64,000 nt of DNA. Source: Dehalococcoidia bacterium. GTDB taxonomy: Bacteria; Chloroflexota; Dehalococcoidia; GIF9; UBA5629. Within the stretch, counting starts at the first letter, position 1. Every line of letters begins with the position of its first letter. This document shows, piece by piece, positions 38,039 through 47,663 of the stretch. The notes beneath the pieces are model-generated. The model saw only the letters and a list, made by a program, of their open reading frames with translations. It made no database searches and was not told the origin of the DNA. The DNA lies in assembly GCA_050011565.1 (NCBI GenBank), contig JBEKIW010000002.1, forward strand, positions 128,001 to 192,000, written 5' to 3'. The position numbers and the translations under genes are program-made.

Positions 38039-41000
38039 GTGGTCGCACCCACCTTGCCAGGTCTGGCCAATAAAGCTTCCAGCGTACTAATTATACTTAA
38101 ATCACTTTGAACGGGCTGTGTTATAGCTCCGGTTGGACATGAGGTAATGCAAGCTCCGCAGCCCAGGCACAGTATCGGGTCAACAGCGGCATAAGCAGCG
38201 CCGGAGTCACTGTCTTTCATCTCTATATAGGGACATACTGCAGTGCAATCGCTACAGCCGCGGCACAGTTGTCTATCGATATTAACGGCGGTAACCCGTG
38301 CCCTGAGCACGCCCTGACCCAAATAGCTTAACACTCTGGCCGCCGTCGCCTGCCCCTCGATGACTTGTTTTTCAGGCGACTCCGCTGTGTTTGACGGCAC
38401 CATATATATACCGGTGGGGTCGCCGATGGCGAACTCCCAAAGTGCAAAATCCAAAATCTGGCGATTGTCCGGGTTTTTATGCCAGGTAAAAATACGGCCA
38501 ACAAGACTTTCTTTGAAAGAAGTATCGGTCTGAGCCAGTATTTTAGCCACGGCTCCGGAATCCGCTACCACGGCGCCGACCTTGACATCGGCTGTCTCCG
38601 AAGAGTGCTCCAGTGCAACCTCATAATTACCGGGCACACCATGAATACTTATTCTTTTAGACCAGGGCATGACAGATACGCCTGATTTTTCAAGCTCTCT
38701 CAATAGACCGGCTTCTGTCTCAAAGTACTTAAGGGGCTGTTTTTCCCTGGTCTTCTTTAATCCTGATTTGTAAAGAACGGTAACCGGGTAAGTCTGAGAC
38801 GCCAGACTCACTGCCGCTGCCAGACCGGAAAGCCCGGTGCTTAATACAAGTACGCCCCGGCTGATTTGCCTCTCCAGCAGTATAGAGGGCACAGTACCGT
38901 GAGCCCGAAGAACTCCCGATGTGATTATGTCAACAGCCTTGCGCGTAGCCTCGGCAGTATTACCACTGTGTACCCAGGCACATTGTTCGCGGATATTAAC
39001 GAACTCGACAGGTATTTTGAGGTCACCGGCTAACTGCTCATTCAGATATTGCTGACATCTTACACGCTGCTCGGTACAACTGAAGCAGATTTGCTCCAGA
39101 TTACAACATCGACAGGCGGCTACGACCAGTCTGTTGAGTTTCTCTTCAGAGGCCAAAGCTTTAATCTCTCGTGCTGTCTGCTCAGTGCAAATCTGAGATA
39201 ACTCCCGGACATAAGAAACGCCGGGCATAAGCTGTATTTCCCCGGCTGCCTGTGAGAGGTCAATTATGGAGCTGATGCTGCCGCCGCAACGACACAGTAT
39301 TACGCCGGTGCGCTCATCGCCGAGCACTTCCGGTTCTAAATTCAAGCCTTCATCATGGTTCCCCCCAGCATCTGCTTTAGCTGAGACAACCTTCTCCATC
39401 AGCTTTAAATCACGTGCTACCCCCAGGGCAATTGCCGAAGCGCGACTGAGTTCATCTTTTAATTCGCCGTCACCCTCAGTTTTTACGACAAACACGCCGG
39501 GGCCCGAAATTTGAAGCGTCTTCGCAGCAGCGTTATCGGAAACAAAATTAACTACGGCTCCAGCTTCTATGGTCACGGACTCAATAATATCCTTATGTGA
39601 AACAGCATTTACCTGGCATATCCGCTCACATTCCAGACAACCGCTGCATAAGGCGCAACTGAGGCAGCGTCCGGCTTCCAGCCGTACCACCTCGGCAGAC
39701 AGACCTCTCTTAGTCTCCTCATAACTACCCATCCTGTCCATGTGAGGCAGCGTCGGCATCTTAGCCCGCTTTTGAGGAGACACATATCTCTGCTCAATAT
39801 CGACTTCGACCGGTTTAGGCCCTTCCAGGCTGCGTCCCTCCTTCAGGTCGCGTCCGCTGAGATACCTGTCCAGCGACTCGGCAGCTTTGATACCGGCAGC
39901 CATAGCATCGACAACGGTATTGGGGCCGGTGACGCAATCGCCGCCGGCGAAGATGTCGGGTATGCTCGTCTGAAGCGTTAGCGGGTCGACATTTATCGTT
40001 AAATCTTCGTTGGCTTTAATGTCCTTTATTCTGAGCAGCGCTGTGCTCGGTCGCTGCCCTATGGCCACCACCACGTGGTCGGCGTCTATGGTAAATTCCG
40101 AGCTCTCGATTGGCACCGGTTGGCGACGGCCGGTAGCATCGACCTTCCCTAACTTCATCCGCTGGCAACGTATGCCGGTGACCCTGGTTCCATCGCCGAT
40201 GATTTCAACCGGCGCGGTGAGAAACTCAATCAGCACGCCTTCTTCAATAGCCTCTTCCACGTGCTCCTTTATGGCAGTCATTTCTTGTGCCGTACGCCGG
40301 TAAAGTATACGCACCGTACCCTGGCTCCGCCTTTTTACGGCTCTGGCCGAGTCCACGGCGCTGTTGCCACCGCCGATAACCACCACATTGGAACCGACCG
40401 TGGTGCCAACCTTCAAATTAAGTGCAAAAAGCATTGAGATTACATCAACGACGCCTTCGAAGTCTTCACCCGGAATATTCAGTTTATTATTCAAACCGGC
40501 ACCTATGGCCAGGTAAAAAGCCTTGTAGCCTTGCTCCCTGAGGTCGGCAAGCGTTATGTCCCGGCCCACAATTATGCCCGTCTTTACATCCACTCCCATA
40601 GCTTTAATGGCCTCAACCTCCCTCTCGCGTACCTCACGCGGCAGACGGAACCGAGGAATACCTGTAGCCAGCATACCACCGACCACCGCATGGGACTCAA
40701 ATATAGTGGGAGTGTAACCGCGACGGGCAAGTTCCCAGGCTGCAGCCAGCCCGGATGGGCCGCTGCCGACAATAGCTATTTTCTCTTCTCTGGGTTTGAT
40801 GGGGCTGGTGAGGTAATTAATACTGCCGGAAGCATTATCTGCAGCATAGCGGTGCAGAGCCTTGATGAACACCGGGCTATCGACTTTGGCCCGCTGACAA
40901 TTGTCTTCGCACGGATGGCTGCACACGCGGCCGAGTATGCCGGCTAAAGGCGCCGCCTGGTTGATGAGATTAAGCGCTTCGTCTGCCTTATCTTTAGCCA

Positions 41001-41520
41001 GCAGGCAGATGAATCCGGGCACATTGATACCTAAGGGGCAAGCTACCCGGCAAGGGGCAGTTCCAGTCTTATCTATAGCATAGGCTGCCGGTACCGACCG
41101 GACACCCACCAGCGGCTCATGAATAGCGCCGCGTATAGAGGTTGAACCACGGTCAGAAAAAGGTATTTTGACGGGGCAGGCTTCCTGGCATTGACCGCAA
41201 CTGGTGCATAAGCTCTCATCTACATATCGGGGCAGTTTCTTTACCGCTACATTAAACTGACCGCGTTTCCTGGTTACAGCTTCTACGCCGGAGCCGGCAT
41301 AAACCTTAACTCTGGGATGACTTGCCGCCCTGAGCAGCAGCGGCCAGATGCGAAGGTATTCGTCGGTTGTGCCGATTTGGGAATCGCTGCTTCCCTTCTC
41401 TTTTAAACTTAATGCCTTAGCCGAGACAATAAGGCTGACCTCGGCGCCCATGCCAGCCAGAGCCAGAGCACACTGAGCTGCTCCAACACTATTACCAATT
41501 ACTGCAACGCTCCTCACCAT
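38035..41520 (-). CDS. HdrA-like protein with an inserted GltD/NfnB-type NAD(P)H oxidoreductase module
   Basis: APCRVACP, LGRVCSHPCE, GSGPSG, GGGNSA; flanking HdrA parts (PRYVD...C..CG.C...CP; CRCGGSI; NIREQCAWVH). Confidence 0.85.
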   Translation of the reverse strand: MVRSVAVIGNSVGAAQCALALAGMGAEVSLIVSAKALSLKEKGSSDSQIGTTDEYLRIWPLLLRAASHPRVKVYAGSGVEAVTRKRGQFNVAVKKLPRYVDESLCTSCGQCQEACPVKIPFSDRGSTSIRGAIHEPLVGVRSVPAAYAIDKTGTAPCRVACPLGINVPGFICLLAKDKADEALNLINQAAPLAGILGRVCSHPCEDNCQRAKVDSPVFIKALHRYAADNASGSINYLTSPIKPREEKIAIVGSGPSGLAAAWELARRGYTPTIFESHAVVGGMLATGIPRFRLPREVREREVEAIKAMGVDVKTGIIVGRDITLADLREQGYKAFYLAIGAGLNNKLNIPGEDFEGVVDVISMLFALNLKVGTTVGSNVVVIGGGNSAVDSARAVKRRSQGTVRILYRRTAQEMTAIKEHVEEAIEEGVLIEFLTAPVEIIGDGTRVTGIRCQRMKLGKVDATGRRQPVPIESSEFTIDADHVVVAIGQRPSTALLRIKDIKANEDLTINVDPLTLQTSIPDIFAGGDCVTGPNTVVDAMAAGIKAAESLDRYLSGRDLKEGRSLEGPKPVEVDIEQRYVSPQKRAKMPTLPHMDRMGSYEETKRGLSAEVVRLEAGRCLSCALCSGCLECERICQVNAVSHKDIIESVTIEAGAVVNFVSDNAAAKTLQISGPGVFVVKTEGDGELKDELSRASAIALGVARDLKLMEKVVSAKADAGGNHDEGLNLEPEVLGDERTGVILCRCGGSISSIIDLSQAAGEIQLMPGVSYVRELSQICTEQTAREIKALASEEKLNRLVVAACRCCNLEQICFSCTEQRVRCQQYLNEQLAGDLKIPVEFVNIREQCAWVHSGNTAEATRKAVDIITSGVLRAHGTVPSILLERQISRGVLVLSTGLSGLAAAVSLASQTYPVTVLYKSGLKKTREKQPLKYFETEAGLLRELEKSGVSVMPWSKRISIHGVPGNYEVALEHSSETADVKVGAVVADSGAVAKILAQTDTSFKESLVGRIFTWHKNPDNRQILDFALWEFAIGDPTGIYMVPSNTAESPEKQVIEGQATAARVLSYLGQGVLRARVTAVNIDRQLCRGCSDCTAVCPYIEMKDSDSGAAYAAVDPILCLGCGACITSCPTGAITQPVQSDLSIISTLEALLARPGKVGATT

Positions 41521-41531
41521 CGATAGTACGC

Positions 41532-42083
41532 CTAACTTTTCTTTCCATGCTTCTGCCCGTACTCATAGCCGGTCGTGAAAGCTTTGATGTTAAATTCTCC
41601 AGTACCTTCGGGGACAGTTGCCAGTATAGATTCCTTGAGCGCTTTAGCCGAAACCACATCGCTAACCGCCGCCACAAATCCGAGCATTATAATGTTGGCC
41701 ACCACCACCCGCCCCATATCACGGGCCAGGCTCGTAGCCGGTATAGATAGTATGTTCGCGTTATGAGACGCGTCGGGTTTGACCAGGTCGGGGTCTATAA
41801 TTATCAGGGATTCCGGACTTAGACCCGGCGCGTATTTGTTATATGCTTCTTGCGACATAATAACCAGCACCTCGGGACTTATCACATAGGGATAGCCTAC
41901 GGATTCATTCGAAATTACTACCTCAGCCGAGCAGGAGCCACCCCTTGCCTCCGGGCCATAGCTTTGAGTAAAGGTGGCCAATTTTCCCTTTTCATGCAGG
42001 GAGGCTGCCTGTCCCAGAATCTGACCGGCGAGCACAATCCCCTGTCCGCCGGCGCCGCTTAACCTTATCTCTGTTCGGCTCAA
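41532..42083 (-). CDS. korC: 2-oxoacid:ferredoxin oxidoreductase gamma subunit (Kor-type)
   Basis: SGAGGQG, QSYGPEARGG, ANIIMLG. Confidence 0.88.
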   Translation of the reverse strand: MSRTEIRLSGAGGQGIVLAGQILGQAASLHEKGKLATFTQSYGPEARGGSCSAEVVISNESVGYPYVISPEVLVIMSQEAYNKYAPGLSPESLIIIDPDLVKPDASHNANILSIPATSLARDMGRVVVANIIMLGFVAAVSDVVSAKALKESILATVPEGTGEFNIKAFTTGYEYGQKHGKKS

Positions 42084-42126
42084 GTTATCCTCTCCAATAG
42101 TCTTTTTGAATTAGCCGCCTGTCGCT

Positions 42127-42975
42127 CTATCGTTTCTTGTGCTTGCCGGCTCGGTCAAGTACCTGCCGGTAGCAATCCCACAGAGTGGGGCGCTCAATAT
42201 CGACAAATTTACCTACCACGATGGGGCCATTCATCGACAGCTCGACATCTCTGGGGTCAGCGCCATCACGGATAACGCTTCTCTCCTGATATCTGCGCAT
42301 CTCATCCAGGCCGCGCGGCTGTTTATTCAGGCGGCCATATACAGTGGGGCACGGGCTGAGCACCTCTATAAAACTGAACCCGGGCTTGGTCAAAGCTTCG
42401 GCGATTGACCTCTCCAGTTCCCGCAAATGCAGCACCGTCCACCGGGCAACGTATGTAGCACCGCTGGCAGCCACCAGGTAAGGCAAGTTAAAGGGATACT
42501 CGTAGTTGCCGTACGGAGAAGTAGTGCTGCGGGCATCGAGCGGTGTGGTCGGCCCCATTTGCCCGCCGGTCATGCCGTAGTTGAAGTTGTTTATACAGAT
42601 GACGGTCATATCGATGTTACGGCGGGCGGAATGGATAAGATGGTTGCCGCCTATAGCCGCAATATCCCCGTCACCGGAAAAGACCACCGCCGTCAATTCC
42701 GGATTGGCCATTTTCAGACCGGTAGCAAAGGGTAGAGCCCGGCCGTGTGTGGTATGGAAAGAATCCAGCTTTATATAACCGGCTACCCGCCCGGAACAAC
42801 CTATTCCCGAAACCACGGAAACCTTGTCAGGGTTCAGACCGGCACGGTCGATAGCTCTGACGAAACACCCGGTTGCCGGCCCAATGCCGCAGCCGGCGCA
42901 CCAGATATGCGGTATCCGGTCCACTCTAAGATAGCAGTCCAGAGGATTTGCTTCTACGGTCACCATTTTTGTCAT
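42127..42975 (-). CDS. korB: 2-oxoacid:ferredoxin oxidoreductase beta subunit (Kor-type)
   Basis: WCAGCG, SGIGCSGR, HTTHGRA, GDGD..AIGGNH. Confidence 0.9.
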   Translation of the reverse strand: MTKMVTVEANPLDCYLRVDRIPHIWCAGCGIGPATGCFVRAIDRAGLNPDKVSVVSGIGCSGRVAGYIKLDSFHTTHGRALPFATGLKMANPELTAVVFSGDGDIAAIGGNHLIHSARRNIDMTVICINNFNYGMTGGQMGPTTPLDARSTTSPYGNYEYPFNLPYLVAASGATYVARWTVLHLRELERSIAEALTKPGFSFIEVLSPCPTVYGRLNKQPRGLDEMRRYQERSVIRDGADPRDVELSMNGPIVVGKFVDIERPTLWDCYRQVLDRAGKHKKR

Positions 42976-44123
42976 CGGGCTTCCTCGCGTATAGCCTCAA
43001 GAACTGTTTCGGGAAGATGCACGCCGCCACCCATATGAGGTACCAGCCTGACTTTGGCTTTGCCTGCCACGCAACGTTCTACTTCCCTGACTATCTGTCC
43101 GTAGTTTATCTCCGGGACTATAAAGGCTTTCACCGCCGTCGCCAGCTCTCTAATGCGGTCATCGGCAAAAGGCCATACCGTTATCAGCCGCAGCAGGCCC
43201 GCTTTTATCCCTTCTTCTCTTGCCTTTTGCACCGCATATCGGGCAATGCGGGCTGATATCCCGTAGCTAACTACAACGACCTCAGCATCATCGACTTTTA
43301 CCTCTTCGTACTTCGTGATATCTTTTATATTCAGTCGAATTTTATCCACCAGCCGTCTAACCAATTTGTCCTGAGCCTCTGCCGTCATTGTCGGATAGCC
43401 TCTGTCGTCATGCGTCAGCCCGGTAACATGGAAGCGATATCCCTCGCCGGCTACTGCCATCGGAGGCACCAATCCCTTCCTGGAATCATAGGGCAAATAC
43501 TTTTCCGGCGCGACTTTCGGGCGCGGTCGATTTACCAGTTCCTTTGAACTTATCTCAGGTATGACCACCTTCTCACTCATGTGGCCCACAGCCTCGTCGG
43601 CCATGAGCAGCACCGGCACCCGGTATTGCTCAGATAAATTGAAAGCCGAAACGGTGAGGTCAAACATCTCCTGCGGCGAATCGGGAACGAGGGCGATGAT
43701 TTCATAGTGCCCATGCGAGCCCCATCTGGCCTGCATCATATCTCCCTGAGCGACCAGTGTCGGCAATCCCGTTGACGGGCCTGCCCTCTGGACGTTGGCT
43801 ACCACGCAGGGTGTTTCCAGCATAACTCCCAGCCCTATATTTTCCATCATCAAACTGAACCCAGGGCCGGAGGTAGCCGTCATGGCTTTTACGCCTGCCC
43901 AGGAAGCTCCGAGCACGGCGTTCATGGAAGCTATCTCGTCCTCCATCTGGATAAAAACACCGCCTATTTGAGGCAGACGTTCGCTCATTCTCTCGGCAAC
44001 CTCAGTTGCCGGAGTAATCGGATAGCCGGCAAAGAAACGGCAGCCGGCGCTTATAGCTCCTTCGGCGCAAGCTGTGTCGCCGTTCATAAAAAATTCGCCG
44101 CAGAGCACATCATCTTTGGGCAT
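42972..44123 (-). CDS. korA: 2-oxoacid:ferredoxin oxidoreductase alpha subunit (Kor-type)
   Basis: GYPITP, QMEDEIAS, TSGPGFSLM.E, QRAGPSTGLPT. Confidence 0.9.
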   Translation of the reverse strand: MPKDDVLCGEFFMNGDTACAEGAISAGCRFFAGYPITPATEVAERMSERLPQIGGVFIQMEDEIASMNAVLGASWAGVKAMTATSGPGFSLMMENIGLGVMLETPCVVANVQRAGPSTGLPTLVAQGDMMQARWGSHGHYEIIALVPDSPQEMFDLTVSAFNLSEQYRVPVLLMADEAVGHMSEKVVIPEISSKELVNRPRPKVAPEKYLPYDSRKGLVPPMAVAGEGYRFHVTGLTHDDRGYPTMTAEAQDKLVRRLVDKIRLNIKDITKYEEVKVDDAEVVVVSYGISARIARYAVQKAREEGIKAGLLRLITVWPFADDRIRELATAVKAFIVPEINYGQIVREVERCVAGKAKVRLVPHMGGGVHLPETVLEAIREEAR

Positions 44124-44400
44124 GCGTCACCGGCTCTTCTTCTTTTTCTTCCGTGGTAACGTAGATTCCAAACTCAGGACACATCGCCTGGCAGAGGCCG
44201 CAGCCCAAGCATTTGATTTCGTCGACTACCTTGACTAAGTTATAGCCCTTAGGACTGAGCTCATCGGTCATTTTCAGTACGCCGCGGGGGCAAAATTCAG
44301 CACAATATCCGCAGCCCTTGCACCTGTCTACACTAATATGCACCCTGACGGGCCTGGGGGCCTTATCGGTCATATCAAAGGGCTTTCTCCACAACTTCAT
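44110..44400 (-). CDS. korD: 2x[4Fe-4S] ferredoxin (delta subunit)
   Basis: CKGCGYCAEFCP; CLGCGLCQAMCP. Confidence 0.85.
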   Translation of the reverse strand: MKLWRKPFDMTDKAPRPVRVHISVDRCKGCGYCAEFCPRGVLKMTDELSPKGYNLVKVVDEIKCLGCGLCQAMCPEFGIYVTTEEKEEEPVTHAQR

Positions 44401-44563
44401 ATCAGTACCGCTTTACCTTATTTGTATTAGTCTTTAACCCCGCTATAAAGAAATAACAGCCAGCAACGCTGGCTATAACTACATTTAAGAAAAAAGTATA
44501 GCAAATTCGTATCTACTTAACAAACTATTGAGGTTCAGTCCTATTAAGGCTAAAATACAGTCG

Positions 44564-45220
44564 ATGCACAAGTCCCTTTTGGCAGTTTTACTATTACTGT
44601 CGTTGGTGACAGGTTGCACACGACAGTTACAGCCTGCCGATGCCCAACCTCCGACAGCGGATTTTACCGCCAGTTCGGAACAGGGGTCAGCTCCCTTAAA
44701 GGTCACCTTCACTGATTCATCCACGGGTGATATTACTCACTGGCACTGGGACTTCGGCGATGGACAATTCAGCAGCGATTCGGAACCTAACCATAGTTAC
44801 ATCGCGGCCGGAGACTATGCGGTTTCGCTGGCCATAATGGGACCGGGAGGCAGTGACATCGAGACAAAAGCCGAATATATAAAAGTGGCTACCGGCGTTA
44901 TAAGCTGGGATGAGGCCAGCAGTTATATCGGGCAACATCAAGTAGTCGAGGGAATAGTTGTTGGCGCTTATTATGCGGCTGACACAAAAAGCCAGCTTAC
45001 ATTCCTGGATTTCCATAAGCCCTATGAAAACTATTTCAAGTGTATAATCTGGGGTCGCGACAGAGATAAGTTTGTAAAAGAGTTCCCTCCCAATCCCGAA
45101 ACTTACTTCCTGAACAAACATGTTCAGGTCACCGGCTTAATCGAGGAATACCCTAAAGGGTCAGGCGTCCCGGAAATGGTCCTCAAAGACCCGTCTCAAA
45201 TCAAGCTCGCCGCAGAATAG
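44564..45220 (+). CDS. PKD-domain lipoprotein with C-terminal OB-fold-like region
   Basis: Lipobox VTGC; WHWDFGDG...P.H.Y..AG.Y.V.L. Confidence 0.82.
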   Translation: MHKSLLAVLLLLSLVTGCTRQLQPADAQPPTADFTASSEQGSAPLKVTFTDSSTGDITHWHWDFGDGQFSSDSEPNHSYIAAGDYAVSLAIMGPGGSDIETKAEYIKVATGVISWDEASSYIGQHQVVEGIVVGAYYAADTKSQLTFLDFHKPYENYFKCIIWGRDRDKFVKEFPPNPETYFLNKHVQVTGLIEEYPKGSGVPEMVLKDPSQIKLAAE

Positions 45221-45378
45221 ACTGCAGTTTGCGCCGCATGCTTACAGCTAGCTGAGGACTAAAGTCCTATCTATTTCACAACCCGTTTATTGATGTTTTT
45301 CAGTTGTGTACCGTATACTATTCGTACCTGAATCGCAGGAAATGAATACGGTTATAGCGATATAGATAGTAAATTTAG

Positions 45379-46305
45379 ATGAAAAACGAAGCTGTTAGAT
45401 ACTTAGTCTCACTCGTGGTATTGCTATTACTAACACTTAGTCTGGTCGCGGCTTGCGCTCAACCGCTGCCAAACCTGGCACCGGTGCCCCCTAAGTCTCA
45501 GGTGACAGCGCCGCCAGCTACCAGCGAAAACCAGTCAACAAAAGAGGCGGAAACACCCCCGGCTAATCAGGCCGTAGATGAGGAGAAATGGTACCCGGTT
45601 GAAACCTTTAGCGGTGAAGCGAACGAAACAACTCCAATATTTCATATATATGGCACAGAATGGCACCTCACCTGGACCATAGACACCGACCATCCCGAAA
45701 CAGCCGTATTTAAGCTGGCTATTTACCCCAAGCAGGAACCTTATTTCCTTTGGCAGACCGTTTCTAACACAGGCGGCAGTACCGGCACCATTAATTACCT
45801 CGTATCCTCGGTAGATAAACGGGATTACCTTATCAAGGTCACGGCTCAAAACCTACGGCACTGGACTATTGCCATAGAAGACAATGCCACCGCGGCAACC
45901 TCTTACCCGGTCCAGATAAGTTCGATTCACTACAAAGGAACTGTATATTTACCGGACCCTTCAGCAGAGTGCTGTACCTACGAAAGGGTCGAGCCTGATG
46001 AATACGTGGTCATAAAAAACCTCAGCACTCGCTCTCAAGATATAACTGGCTGGGTGCTAAAAAATATAAGCCAGCCCAGTCCCCCGTTTAAATTCCCCAC
46101 CTACACAATTTCGCCAGGTGAAATCATACGCGTTTATACCGACGAATACCATTCTGAAACCGGAGGCTTCACTTTCTACTATGGTTACGGCGACATATGG
46201 AATAACGACAACTCCAATACAGCTGTGTTATACGATGCACACGGCAATGAGGTCTCCAGAAAAAGCTACGCAGTTCCAACGGAACTAAATGGGACGATAA
46301 AGTAA
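45379..46305 (+). CDS. Lamin-tail-domain lipoprotein
   Basis: Lipobox VAAC (Cys26); DEYVVIKN...DITGW.L...IWNN...AVLYD..G.EV. Confidence 0.82.
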   Translation: MKNEAVRYLVSLVVLLLLTLSLVAACAQPLPNLAPVPPKSQVTAPPATSENQSTKEAETPPANQAVDEEKWYPVETFSGEANETTPIFHIYGTEWHLTWTIDTDHPETAVFKLAIYPKQEPYFLWQTVSNTGGSTGTINYLVSSVDKRDYLIKVTAQNLRHWTIAIEDNATAATSYPVQISSIHYKGTVYLPDPSAECCTYERVEPDEYVVIKNLSTRSQDITGWVLKNISQPSPPFKFPTYTISPGEIIRVYTDEYHSETGGFTFYYGYGDIWNNDNSNTAVLYDAHGNEVSRKSYAVPTELNGTIK

Positions 46306-46494
46306 ATGGCAGAGTACCTGAATACTGGAATGCTCAAGAAGACTTTTTCCGTTTTGTTAGTTAGCGCAATCCTGGCAGTGCTGCTGATGCCCATTCAGGC
46401 CCTTGACAAGCCAGCACTTGCAGAATTGTCGCTTATCATAGTTGTGGCCGGAACGACGGCATGGTTTATGATGCGTAAGAAAAAAACATTATAG
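46306..46494 (+). CDS. Small 2-TM protein
   Basis: 62 aa, two hydrophobic segments, basic tail; abuts the previous stop. Confidence 0.55.
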   Translation: MAEYLNTGMLKKTFSVLLVSAILAVLLMPIQALDKPALAELSLIIVVAGTTAWFMMRKKKTL

Positions 46495-46503
46495 GAGTCT
46501 ATT

Positions 46504-47475
46504 ATTAATTCAGCATTTTCAGCCCGCCTGCTTATTTACATCGGACTGGTACTCCTGTCAGCCAGTTCTATTGTAGCCTGCGGCTTAACGACACCGACTG
46601 CACCGGTTGCTGAACCCAAAACACGGCCGCCGGCTGCCGTGGAAAATCAACAACCGGCTGAGGCATCGCCCTCTGAGGCATCTACTGAAAATGAAGCCGG
46701 ATGGACTCACGTTAAAAGCTTCAACGGTAAAGACAGTCAGACTACGGCTGCGTTTCCTATTTCGGGCACCAAATGGCGCATTATCTGGACGGTAGACGCT
46801 CAAAACCCTCAATATGCCGTTTTTGACATCCTAGTATATCCTAAGGACAATCCAGGCGTGCTTATCGAAAGGATTTCCTATTCAAAAGGCATGTCCGGCG
46901 ACACGGCCTACATTATTGATGAAGGCGGCCGCGATTACTATCTGAAAATTATAGTTGCCAATTTAGCCAACTGGGCTGTAACGGTCGAAGACTATGCAGG
47001 CGAAAGTGCCGCTGAACCCGTTCAAATAACCAGTATCCACTATAAAGGCATGGACTACCTTAGTACTATTGCGAGTAACCGTCTGATAGTTGAATGGGAT
47101 GAATATATAGAAATAAAAAACACGAGCTATTCGCCGCAGAACATAGCCGGTTGGACGCTGAAAAACATAACGAAGGGACAACCCACATTTATTTTCCCAA
47201 TCTTTACACCGTGTTCCTGCAATTATTTGGGAAGCTTGCAAAAATGTGTTGAGGAATGCTATCCGCCGCGCCCGGACACTATAGAGCCGCGTGAGAGCAT
47301 CAGAGTCTACACTGGCGAACCTCAGTGGGAATCCGGGGGCTACTGCTTTTACTACGGGCCAGGTGACATCTGGAATAACGAGACACCTGATACGGCCGTT
47401 TTATATAATGCCGAAGGACAGGAAGTATCTAGAAAAAGCTATGTAATACCTTCTAAAAACAACGCTATTAAATAA
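46504..47475 (+). CDS. Lamin-tail-domain lipoprotein paralog, probable ATT start
   Basis: Frame upstream of 46639 encodes a signal peptide ending IVAC (Cys26 from ATT 46504, as in the paralog); AGGAG 6 nt upstream. Confidence 0.78.
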   Translation: MNSAFSARLLIYIGLVLLSASSIVACGLTTPTAPVAEPKTRPPAAVENQQPAEASPSEASTENEAGWTHVKSFNGKDSQTTAAFPISGTKWRIIWTVDAQNPQYAVFDILVYPKDNPGVLIERISYSKGMSGDTAYIIDEGGRDYYLKIIVANLANWAVTVEDYAGESAAEPVQITSIHYKGMDYLSTIASNRLIVEWDEYIEIKNTSYSPQNIAGWTLKNITKGQPTFIFPIFTPCSCNYLGSLQKCVEECYPPRPDTIEPRESIRVYTGEPQWESGGYCFYYGPGDIWNNETPDTAVLYNAEGQEVSRKSYVIPSKNNAIK

Positions 47476-47663
47476 GTAACCCGGCCAAAACTTATAAGAC
47501 GACGGATAGCCTGAAATACCGCTACAATACAATCTTTAAATTGGCGACTCGACTATTGCTTTCTTTTTAGCATCAGATGTATAATCATAATAATAAAATG
47601 CTGCTACGAACAGCAGGAGTCTCCGGTTTGGAGCAAAAAAGGATAGCAATAGAGAACTGAAAT

